Both the position numbers and the translations under genes were made by a program. The notes below the pieces were generated by a model. That model ran no database searches. It saw only the letters and a program-made list of their open reading frames with translations, and had not been told where the DNA came from. Shown in pieces: positions 39,607 to 50,474 of a DNA stretch of 64,000 bases. How positions within the stretch are numbered: position 1 is the stretch's first letter; each line of letters begins with the position of its first letter. Origin of the DNA: Octopus bimaculoides (taxonomy: Eukaryota); the NCBI RefSeq assembly GCF_001194135.2, contig NC_068998.1, positions 25,592,729 through 25,656,728 on the forward strand. Reading direction: 5' to 3'.

Positions 39607-41629
39607 TTTGTTTATTNNNNNNNNNNNNNNNNNNNNNNNNNNNNNNNNNNNNNNNNNNNNNNNNNNNNNNNNNNNNNNNNNNNNNNNNNNNNNNNNNNNN
39701 NNNNNNNNNNNNNNNNNNNNNNNNNNNNNNNNNNNNNNNNNNNNNNNNNNNNNNNNNNNNNNNNNNNNNNNNNNNNNNNNNNNNNNNNNNNNNNNNNNNN
39801 NNNNNNNNNNNNNNNNNNNNNNNNNNNNNNNNNNNNNNNNNNNNNNNNNNNNNNNNNNNNNNNNNNNNNNNNNNNNNNNNNNNNNNNNNNNNNNNNNNNN
39901 NNNNNNNNNNNNNNNNNNNNNNNNNNNNNNNNNNNNNNNNNNNNNNNNNNNNNNNNNNNNNNNNNNNNNNNNNNNNNNNNNNNNNNNNNNNNNNNNNNNN
40001 NNNNNNNNNNNNNNNNNNNNNNNNNNNNNNNNNNNNNNNNNNNNNNNNNNNNNNNNNNNNNTATATATATATATATTCAGAGGCCGCCTGTCAACACTTT
40101 TAATAATGAAATTTGAATTTCTATCATAGATGTCAGTAAATTTAGTAAGGATGAAAACAGAAAATTTCAAATGTCACAGTCTTAGGTCTCATGAGTGAGT
40201 AGTAAAGTATGTTATGAATAACTGAAACAAAGTAGAAATTATGGGATAATATGCAGAGACATAATACTGAAAAGTCGTTCATGATAGATGGCGCCTGATA
40301 ATATATGTAACATATTGTTTGATCTCTGCGAATATGCGCTCCTCACTCCCAAAAATGATATAGTGCCTAATATTTGATACACGCTAATACAATACGAACT
40401 TAAAAGTTAGTTCCAACTAATATTTTGATGTTAATGATAATGGCAAGTATTCCAAATAGCTTCTCAATTTTTTTCAACCAATTGCTGTTTCCCCGCATAT
40501 TCTGCGACTATTAATTGAGCTGGTGGAAAGTAACTAACGGCGATAGTTTTCTCCAAGATGTATAACAAATATAAGCACGATCATAAATTATATAATCAGT
40601 ATTTTCTGTGGTTGAAAGTATCTATTTCTAAAATAAATATCCATAGAAATAACCGTTCTCATGTTTACAAGGCCGATATTTCGATTCCTGTCCACTATCA
40701 TGAATTATTTTTTATTCGGTGCAGGATTCAAGATTGGCGAAACGAGAAGATTAAGATTATTTGTATGGTTAGTTAAACGAAAAGTTAAGGAAAAGTAAAT
40801 CAGGCAACAAATTATGGCTACCTGTTCGAAATGCATACATCATGGTATTACGCTGTTTTGTCGTTACTAGATCTATTAGTCGAGTATTTCAATCAAATAT
40901 AATCTCATCTGTTATGACATTAAAATTATGTCTTAACATGATTACATCTGTATTTCCACCGAACAACTACAATAATTATTTTACTTAAATTGCATTATCG
41001 TTTTCACGAATAGTTTCCAATGCCTATTATTTTACTTTATAATAACAATGATCAATGACTAAATCATTTCACATACGTATAATTTTAAATATATTGCTTC
41101 TCTTGCAAATTCGTAATTTTGCCAGTTTCTTCTAAGCAATTAGATTTAGGCAATTTCCGTTTGATCATTTGGAGCATAAGCGTGTATTTTGAAAGTGTAT
41201 TCATATAATATTGATTTCCTTTTCATAGCTCGTCAGTCAATCACCAATTATTATATTTACATGGACTATTGTATATAGTTTATTAAATACGTGGATTATA
41301 TTGTATAATAAACTGCAGTAATATGCGGAAATCAGATGAAGCAATTTTGTGTATAGACATAAACATATTATATTTCGGTATTTCTTTAGCTAATCTCATA
41401 CATGGATTTTCATTGCTTAAAAATGTACATAAAAACACATACAAACACGTACACATGCAAACGCATAAACAGCACTCAAGCAAACACAGTACACACAGAC
41501 ATTCACACGTAATTAGTTTTAATTATTTGAGTATGGCTATACTAAAGCACTACCATGCATGGTGCTTGTACAATTTTTGAACCCTAGTCTATATTTCAGC
41601 TTGTATTATATTTAATGAAACACATTTTG

Positions 41630-42560
41630 TTGTACCACTTTGATAGAGATCTGTTTAGTACAAGGAGTGTTTCATTTCTGAGGACGTACTCCTGTATTTG
41701 TCTGATTGTTGCGTCCTGCTGGTATATGGATAAAATGTTGATGTCCAGTCGACCCAGTGGGCCTCCATGTTGGTCTTTGTCATGTTGTAGAGTGTGGAGG
41801 ATTGATTTTTGTCGTCATATTGTTTCAAATGTCCATTTAATCTCCACGTAATGCTTCTACACGTCTCACCAATGTATGTCATGCTCTTGTCTTTAAAAGC
41901 ACCCTCTGTGCACCTTATGCTGTACACTACATTTCTAGTTCTACAGTTAATGCCAGGGTTGATCTTACATGCCATGTAGTTCTGACTGGTGCATGCAGTA
42001 TTCGTAAATGGGTACGCCGTACCTAACTGTGAGATATGATGGAGTTTTTCAACGTTTTTAATGTTGAGTTTGGTCTCTTTCAAAGCTTTCTTAAATCTTC
42101 GAGTTAGTTCTCCATAGGCTGTGCCCTCTACAAACATCACTCCTTAATATCTGCCGGCCTTGTTTGCCTTGTCACAAACTCCCTCTATCTTATTCCAGTC
42201 TTTACTTCTATATCCATGACAGGTACCACTGGTTTCATAACACATAGTGCTATCTAACTTATTTCTAGCTCTCCTGTATACACGAATCCAATCTTTCTGG
42301 TAATATCTAGAGAATTTCATGCTGTGCAAGAAGTTCTGTAAATAATACCTTGCTTTATAGGGTTCGGATAAGGGGAACACATTATTCATTATCTTAACTA
42401 AGTCTGCCATCAGTATGTTGTTTGTCATGTTGTGTAACAAAGCTGGGTTCTTGTGCACAACATATTTAGAAGCTATAGGTATCATATAATAGGCGTGGAG
42501 GAGCTGCACTGTTAGTCTGTGACCAAAGTTCAGTTATAAGGACAGGGAATATATTGTTAG
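41630..42560 (-). mobile_element. Penelope-like (Neptune-type) element 3' part: RT thumb, Cys-rich linker, GIY-YIG endonuclease
   Basis: YYMIPIASKYVVHKNPALLHNMTNNILMADLVKIM; CTSQNYMAC...NCRTRNVVYSIRC...TYIGETCRSITWRLNGH. Confidence 0.9.
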
Positions 42561-42614
42561 GATGCCCAGTGGGGTAATCTATAGTTACCATGATTCTTTG
42601 GTGGGTGGAGTTAG

Positions 42615-42900
42615 CAACGAGCTGGATGCTCTTCATTCAACAGCATTTCGTTCTCAGCCGAGGCCCACAAAATAAGTACCAGTCTATCATTGGGGTCCAA
42701 GTAATCGATTTATCTCCTGCTCCGAAATCGCTGGTGTTATGCCACAATTTTAAAATCAATACTTTCAAGTATATTAAGGCAGCGAGCTGGCTGAAACGTT
42801 GGCGCACTGGGAGAAATGCTTAGCGGCATTTCGTCTTTACTTTTCATCCTTTACCCTTCATCGATTTTAACTTTCATCCTTTACCTTTGACTTTATCTTT
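42615..42900 (+). mobile_element. Two adjacent degenerate SINE family A pieces
   Basis: aaataagtaccagtc...ggggtccaagtaatcgattt (42670-42712) and a new head aaggcagcgagctggctgaaacgttggc at 42776. Confidence 0.7.
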
Positions 42901-43189
42901 CATCGATTTTACTTTTCCTCGTTTAGTGCTATTTTCACTTACGAGTTTATTTCGATTTACTCGTTTTACATATCAATTTTCCTCATTGAAAAAAATTAGA
43001 ATATAATTAATCCGTTCCAGACCCACAAAACTACCCCAAAACAATTTTTATGGGTTTTAAAACAGAAAAGGTGCAGTTTCAAAGAAAATGGCAATTATAT
43101 AAACATAATATAAGAGAATGCTAAAGAAATATCTAAACTGGTTTTCTTAATTTAAGTACCTCAAAGATAGGGAGAGAAGGATTATTGTT

Positions 43190-45010
43190 TGGAAGGAGAA
43201 ACTTTCATTAAGAATTCAAGAAGAAGAATACCTAGAGTTTTCGCTCTCACTTCGCTTAATTTAGGCTTTTTGCATTTACTGTCTTCACTTTTCACACTTG
43301 CAGGGCATTTCATTAGAAATATATGAAGAGAAGACTGCTCTTTCCTGCCTTTCAAAATGTTACGAAAATGTACCAGAGCAATGACATTAAATAAGGCAGC
43401 AGCACGAACTGTAGATACTTTTTCAGGATGATTTTGTTCAACAGATTCAGAAACATACTGCCACCCTTGACAACCCTACCTTCCCCTCCGGGGAACCAAT
43501 CTCTTCTACCGCATCCGAATACTGCTGCTCCTGAAGCTGCATGAATCCAACTGTCGTCACCTACTCTGAGTGTTCTTCGGCGCAATCGTTAATATGCCCA
43601 TCGTCAAGCTCGAGGCCTATGGGCTTGCCAAGAGACACTATCCCCTCGACTACAGGTGTCTCAGACTTAAACCCCTCGAAGTTTCTTCCTGATACATAGT
43701 CAGACCACATTTTCGAACATGCAGAATTGAGCGTTCTCCTCGTTACACCTTGTAAGGCCATATTGATGCTTTTCAGGCAGTTAGCAATATCGTAGAGCTC
43801 CTTCTAAAACACACGAAGAGTTAGATTTGTATTTTCGGTGACTTCAAAGCGTCGAGGAAACAGATGTTTGGTGTACCATTCGGTGAAGAATTGCCTGGTG
43901 ACCGAGGCCTTAACGTTTGCTCTCCATATAACTTGTAGCCGCTCCTTCAGGATTTTGTGCGACTTAGATGCTCGTGGGTTTTCGGAATACTAGACAAGGA
44001 GCAGCTTAACTTCTAAGTCTGTACTCGCTTTGGAACAAAGGGTGAGTTAGTTTATCTTTCATAGACTTGTGGCTTGGTATTTTCCTCTCCTTTAAAGTTG
44101 CGTGGGTTTTTCTGGGTATTTTCTTTTTTCAAAACAGGCCAGTTTCATCACAGTTGAATACTTGTGAAATGTACCGCTCTGCTGTGGTGAGCTCACGGCA
44201 TTCAAACATGAGTTCCTCAAGTGCCATCGTGTCAGTATTCGTTGTTTTTCTATACTTCACGGCGATTTGGACACCAGTCCTCTTCTTGAAATTGTCGAAC
44301 CGGCTGCCTCTGGCCTTAAATACGTCTGCTGATGTCTCCTCCGTCGATGTTTCAGGGTTCTGCTTCAGGGGATTTCCATGCAGTGCTCCTACGTCCTTGC
44401 AGTTGATGGTTTCGTAGCCGTATGCCCCACGAGTTGACTCTCTGTGATCCACAAGAGAAGTAATTTTTCCATCACTTCGTGGACAGATGTGTATTACTTG
44501 GAGAGCCTGGAGACACCCGTTGCTATTGTAACGTCCTTGATTTCGTCCTTTTTTTTCAGGATCGTGCAGATCGTCGAAGTCTTTCAGTCGTATTAACATG
44601 CTATGTCCACTATACGCACTTCTCTCTCTCATGTTTCTCAATGATTTCGTTCATCAATTCTGTCCAAATCAGCTTTTTCTTCTTTTCAGCACTGTCCTTT
44701 GCACTACCTTTCTTGGGACCCATGGCTAACACAAATATTTATTATAAAATGATAGCAAAAAACGCGCAAAACTAAAAAGAAATACTAGGAAAAACACAAT
44801 AAGAATGCTGTCACAACGAAATAAACACGTGAAATGAGCGAGCGGAGGCTGTGTTTGTTGGGAGAGTGTATGCGATCTCAGCGCTGAGTAGCAATCGCTT
44901 GTATGAAACTTCCACATACTGATAGTTTCCACTCGTACTCTAACGAAAAAATTACCGCTCTACAACAAATTACTTGTACAATGTTGCAAACATGCTGCGA
45001 GGATATACTA
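43190..45010 (-). mobile_element. Tigger/pogo DNA transposon, near full length, pseudogenised
   Basis: ATG at 44723: MGPKKGSAKDSAEKKKK; FKARGSRFDNFKKRTG (CENP-B HTH), QVFNCDETGLF, and C-terminal ILKGRKEQSSL. Stops, frameshifts and an internal deletion. Confidence 0.92.
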
Positions 45011-45034
45011 TGTATTGAGACAGTGAGAGAGATG

Positions 45035-45060
45035 ACAGACAGACAGACAGACAGACAGAC

Positions 45061-45116
<56 letters not shown>

Positions 45117-45135
45117 GGATGGACGGATAGAAAAA
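45035..45135. repeat. (GACA)n(GATA)n microsatellite
   Basis: Directly visible. Confidence 0.95.
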
Positions 45136-46102
45136 TAGATAAATGGGTACCACCTTACAATTTCAGAATATAAGTTACATTTGCTATAGGTTTTGTTTGT
45201 ACATTCGCATATACACTAAATATATGCACATACACTGAACCGGAAAAGAAACGCGAGATTTGTGTGACTGTGAAATATGTTTTAATTTCATTATGTCAGA
45301 GATAAATTTTGATAAATCTGATGAAGTCAAGTCCTTGCATGCAGTTTGACTACAGTCTATGGATTCTTGTCGTGTGTTCTGGTAGTGGGTGGATCCAGCA
45401 CATCCTGATTGTAAGGCGTGACATGTTCAATACTGTGTAATGCCCTCCCTATGTTCAAAACGGCTATACACCGTCGGAACATGGAATGCATGAGGTGGTT
45501 CACAAACGCCATTTGCATCTGTGCCCACACCCTGAGGAAAGCAGTCTCCAGTTCCACATGAGTTGTCGGCTTTGAGGCCACCTAGTTTAGCCGTCTCTGG
45601 ATTTCATCCCTCAGGTGTTCAATTGGGTTCAAATCCGGACTGAGAGCCGGCCACGGTATCGTTCTAATGTTGTGCTGACGCAGAAAGTCCATGGTGACCC
45701 TGGCCGTGTGGAAAGGAGCATTGTCCTGCTGGAGCATTGTTCTACTGGCTCTGGTTACACGTGAAGAAGGGCACGATGTGCGGTTTTAGGATCGGGCCAA
45801 CGTAACGCAGTTCAGTGATGCCATTCTCTCTGCCTGGACCAATATTTTGGAACACATGGAACCCAATTCTCTGTTTCAGGTCTATAGGACCCACAAACCA
45901 TAATGTTTGGGCCACCCCACGCGTCTCTCTGCGAGCACGATCTGCAGTGCGTGCTGTTGGTGTAATTGTATCGCTGTTGCAGGCGATAGATGGTGCTGAC
46001 ATGGACATTGTAAGCTTTCGCAATATCCAGACCACGCTACTCCGCTTGCAATCAGCCGATAGCTTGTTCTCTAGGCGCTGCTGACAATCGGGTCATACAT
46101 GA

Positions 46103-47797
46103 TGCCTCCAAATTACGAATGAATTCTTTATTGTCCACAGGGGATTAAATATAGAGGGGACAGTACAAATACAAACAGAACAGTACAAAAAAAAAAAAGA
46201 AACACAAATGTGGGGAAAAAAACGAATGAAAAACAATAAGAGAAAATTAATGAAGGGGTGGAATGACCACCACTCGAAACACCCCACTCCGAATGACAAG
46301 ATTAAACTCTTTTACAACCAATTACATAAATAAAGTTTTTATATCATTTCTTTTTAAATATCTAGAAGACTCACCGATATCGGCTTCAATGTTCGTAAGG
46401 TACACACTTTCCTCGAACTTCTCCTGCAGTCTGCGAAATTACCCTCCGCCAACAAAAACACATCTAATATTTGAGGGATACTTCATACAAGCAGGAATAT
46501 CAACTTTCACAATGTCTTTTAAACTGTTTATTTCCTTCGTCAGCTCATTAAACAGTTCATTGAAAGCTATAACACAGCTCTTTTCACAGGGTGTGGGCTG
46601 GGGGATTTGGGGCTCCTGCAATTCTGCTTTTGTGTCTGTAGGGTCAGGGTCGATGTCAGTGATTGGTGGAGTAGGTCGAGGACTGGTGCCTGCAGGGGTA
46701 GGGTTGGTGGCACGGGGTAGGGAAGGGCGGGTGTATGGTTGGGGTCATCATCACTTGTGTGGTTTCGCTTCTTCTTCTTTCTGTTTCTTTTGGTGATTTA
46801 TTACATCCATTTGCTGTTTCTTCTTCCACTTATTTGTCATTTCTTTTCCGTTGCAAATGGCTCTTCTTCGCATATTCCTTCATTCAACGCTGCAATAGTT
46901 GGAAGTGCAGTTTCCCTCACTACCGTTATGACCACCGGTGCCTTTGCGGGAGGGGGAGGGCAATCCGCTCTTATGTAGCCCTTCTGGCCACACTTGTAGT
47001 AGCGCGGATTTCTGTCCTCTACTACAACTCTCAATCTTTTATCATCCATCACAATGGGATCGATGATGTTTTCCAAATATTTCGGGGCAGCCTGGATGAT
47101 CATTTCCAGTCCCTGCGCCAGCCAGTTCCGCGTTCGTGTTTTCATAGATTGGAGGATCAATATTTTCTCCTCTAAGCCCATCATTAACACTGCCACCAGC
47201 CAGGCAACATCCGCCTCAGGTGGTATCTCCTCTACCCTTACTCTGGAAGCACGTATTCCAAGGTAAGTTGGTAGTAATATACTTTCCTCTGCTTTCAGGG
47301 AGGACACAGAGTGTTGCCTGGCCAATTCTTCTGTTGGGAATCGTACTTCCACTGGAGCGTATTCGGCCAGGTTACAATATTTCCGGCCAGACGGGTGCCA
47401 AGCACTTTTCAGTTTGTACCTTGGTTGCCATTTCAATTTTCTTCTCCTTTATCACATATGTCTTAGATATCATCGTTTTCTTGCAAATGTCCCTCGTAAT
47501 TTCGTTAGGAGGGGTCAATTCTACCTCGAACCCCTCTCCTTGATATTTTACCAAGTCCTACCTTTCAAACTCCATATTTTTCTTCGACACGCCCGCTGCT
47601 GTCCCATGACTTTCGATACTTTTTCCGGTTTCTTTTTCTTTTCCTCCTCTTACCAGCTCTCCCTCCTTGCCACTCGCGTAATACATCAATTCACTGTCCG
47701 ACAACGCCACGCTGGACGAACTTACATCGTGTTTCCTCATAACACCTCTCCTTCAAACAAGGTGGGAACGACAACTAGACCACCGCAAAGCAGTGAA
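46103..47797 (-). mobile_element. gag/ORF1-only non-LTR-type retroelement, unit 1 (1695 bp)
   Basis: One decayed ORF (47740 to ~46260) with a degenerate knuckle YYKCGQKGYIRADC, short 3' UTR and AATAAA. 6-bp direct repeat acatga at 46097-46102 and 47798-47803. No RT or APE motifs seen. Confidence 0.8.
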
Positions 47798-47891
47798 ACA
47801 TGAGTGTCTGACAAGCACAAGCAATAACAAAGTAACAACTGTAATAAAACAAGTGATACGGACTGTAATTCACGATACTAACTCTAGGTGT

Positions 47892-49578
47892 CAAAATTAC
47901 AAATGAATTTATTCTGGCCATGAAGGCCTTACATAGAGGGGACAGCACAAATACAAACATAAAAGTGGGGGGGAAAAAGTTTTAAAACCAGTGCAAAAGA
48001 TGTAAAATAATTAAATGAGAGGATGAAATGACTGCCGCTCGAAACCCAACGCTCCGAGCAACCTCATTGAATATTATTACAAACAATTACATTAATTAAA
48101 TTTATCTTTCTTCTTTTTCTGTTAGACTTTAATCGTGCAAACTTACAAATTTTTAATCGACTGCACGGTCGATTTCTATCGTCCGCCCATCACTGATCGA
48201 TTCATACTTCCTTTTTAGTTCTTTAAGATGCTCTTTACTAATAACTATGCCACTCGCGTTATCAAAGTAGTTATCAGCTTTGCACAGATTCACGCCCTTG
48301 TCAATTTTCTCCATCTCCTCCGCCAACTTTTTAGTCGACCTACAGAATATTGCAATGTAGCACTTTACATGGGGTGAAGGCTGGGGTTTTTCGATTCATG
48401 TCTGCTTGTTTTTTTTTTGTAGGAGTAGGGTCAGGGTCAGTGTTTCGTGGTGCAAGGCAGGGGCTGGTGCATGGAGGAGAAGGGTGGGGAGGAAAGGGTG
48501 GGGAGGGATGAGGTGGGATCGGGTCGGGGATCTTGTTCACTGGTAGGTTGTCTCTTCCTTCGTTTCCTTATTTTAGGTTCGGCCGTCCATTCTTTCATTG
48601 CTTGCTCTTGTTCACATGGATACTCCATTTGTATTTCCATCGCCTTTGGTGCCATAGTGGGTGGAAGTACGGTTTCCACTGGTTGAGCAACTGGAATCTC
48701 TACAAGGTGGGACGGCACTCAGCTCTTATATGGCCCATCTGGTCGCACTTAAAACACCGGGGTTTCTGCCCTCCACCATAACCCTCAGCTTTTTCCCCCA
48801 CTACAATGGTGTTCATTATCGTGTCCAAGTGTCTGGGGCAGCCTGGATGACCATTTTCAGGCTTTGGTCTATTCAGTTCCGTGCTGGTACTCTCGCGGCC
48901 TGATGGATTGTTACTTTCTCCTCCAGGCCCAATACTATGGCCGCAATCAGCCAGGCAGCATCCACCTCCGGTGGTATCTCCTCCATCCTCACCCTGGAAG
49001 ACCGTCTTCCGACGAAGACGGTAGGAGGATTGTATTCTCTGTTGCTAACGAGGTCATGGAGTGTTGCCTGGCCTTCTTTTCAGCGGGAAGCCTCACTTCC
49101 ACTGTTGCGAATTTGCTCCCCCCGCCCAGGTATGTTATACCTGACCAGAAGGGAGCCTAAAACTTCTCGATTTCCCTTCTATCAGCCACGTTGATGGATT
49201 TTTCTTTTCTATTAAAACTTTTGAATGTTACCGTTTTCCTGGTTACACTCTGAGCCACTTCACCGGGAGGGGACTATCTTATTTTCTGTCCTTCCCTATA
49301 CAACCTGCTTTTGTATTTATTTAATTCGTTCGTTACCACTGCCAAATGTTTCCTTTCTAAACCGGCCGCAGCCGAAAAATTCTTCTTTTCACTCGCCGTA
49401 TTTCTATCCCTCAGTTCCTCCCCCATGCTTTTCACACATTGTAGGAGCTCGTTCTCCAACGAATCTATGTGGGAAGAGCCAATCTCCTCGAAGTTGATCT
49501 TCATGATAAATATCAAACTTTCCCTCCTTCAAACAAGGTGGATACAACGTCGACAAATCCGCTCGCACGGGAGAAACA
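47892..49578 (-). mobile_element. gag/ORF1-only non-LTR-type retroelement, unit 2 (1687 bp), diverged paralog of unit 1
   Basis: SRVRMEEIPPEVDAAWLIAAIVLGLEEK aligns to unit 1 SRVRVEEIPPEADVAWLVAVLMMGLEEK. Intact CCHC knuckle CFKCDQMGHIRAEC (48715-48756). 6-bp direct repeat aggtgt at 47886-47891 and 49579-49584. Confidence 0.8.
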
Positions 49579-50395
49579 AGGTGTTTTAAGCCACAACAAC
49601 TAATTTAAGAAACGCAGCAGCTTGAGACAAAAGCAATTAAGCTTACAAACCTTGAAACTTTGAAACACCACGTCCGAACTCAAAAAGTGTGAAATTTTGA
49701 ATGCCAGGAACGCGGTTCAAGTTGATATTTATACTCATAATCTCAATGAGATGCACGTGCATTTTGGTTTTCATGACAATGTTTTGGCGACTGCCACTCG
49801 CAGCATTCAATGCAGCTGCGTTTTGGCGTCTCGTTTCTGAGAAAGTTGAAAGGTTAACTTCAATTTGGACCTCAGCCATAAACCAGCATGTCTTGGAATA
49901 TTTACACTTACATCCCCGAAATAAGTTTTCAGAATTTACCATATAAAAATGACATCTGAAGAAATCGCGTTTCTTTAGCGGTTCAGTTTACGCTTGTACT
50001 CACACAAACACACATACAGAAGTTTCTCTATCTCTTACACACTCTTATGTTTATCTATATTTTACTGTTTATTTGTGTCTCCTTTTGACCATGTCCTTCT
50101 TTACAGCTAAATACACTTCTGCCCCAAATCATATACACGCACAAGCCTTGCTGCCACATATTTTGTAGTTTAATAATGTAATATTTGTGCAACTCGCAGC
50201 TGGGTAAAACTTCTAAGACTTGACAAGAATAATATATTTGTGGATACAATATTTAAAACGAAATATCAGAAATGTATATCGGAGTCTTTAAATGATTAAA
50301 GTTACAAGGAAATGAAAGACTTTTAATTCCCTTGCTTTTTGGCTTTCGGCTACTATCGTGATTACAACTCCACTTGTTGTATTTGTTTGCTCTAG

Positions 50396-50474
50396 TCATC
50401 AATCTTGAAGAATTGAATTCATCTAGACAGAGCAGATATTATTTTCAACATTTGCTATACGACTTAGCCATTAC
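50396..50474 (+). CDS. Candidate coding exon (xINLEELNSSRQSRYYFQHLLYDLAIT)
   Basis: Acceptor ttgtatttgtttgctctag, weak donor gtgaac; phase-compatible with 59043-59164. Confidence 0.3.

Larger units (their letters stand above)
45233..49988 (-). mobile_element. Tc1 (DD34E) transposon interrupted by two ~1.7 kb insertions in its 5' UTR
   Basis: TIRs cactgaaccggaaaagaaacgcga (45233-45256) and tcgcgtttctttagcggttcagtt (49965-49988), TA flanks. Transposase ATG at 46096 (MTRLSAAPREQAIG), QQDNAP, SPDLNPIEH; internally deleted. Confidence 0.92.
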
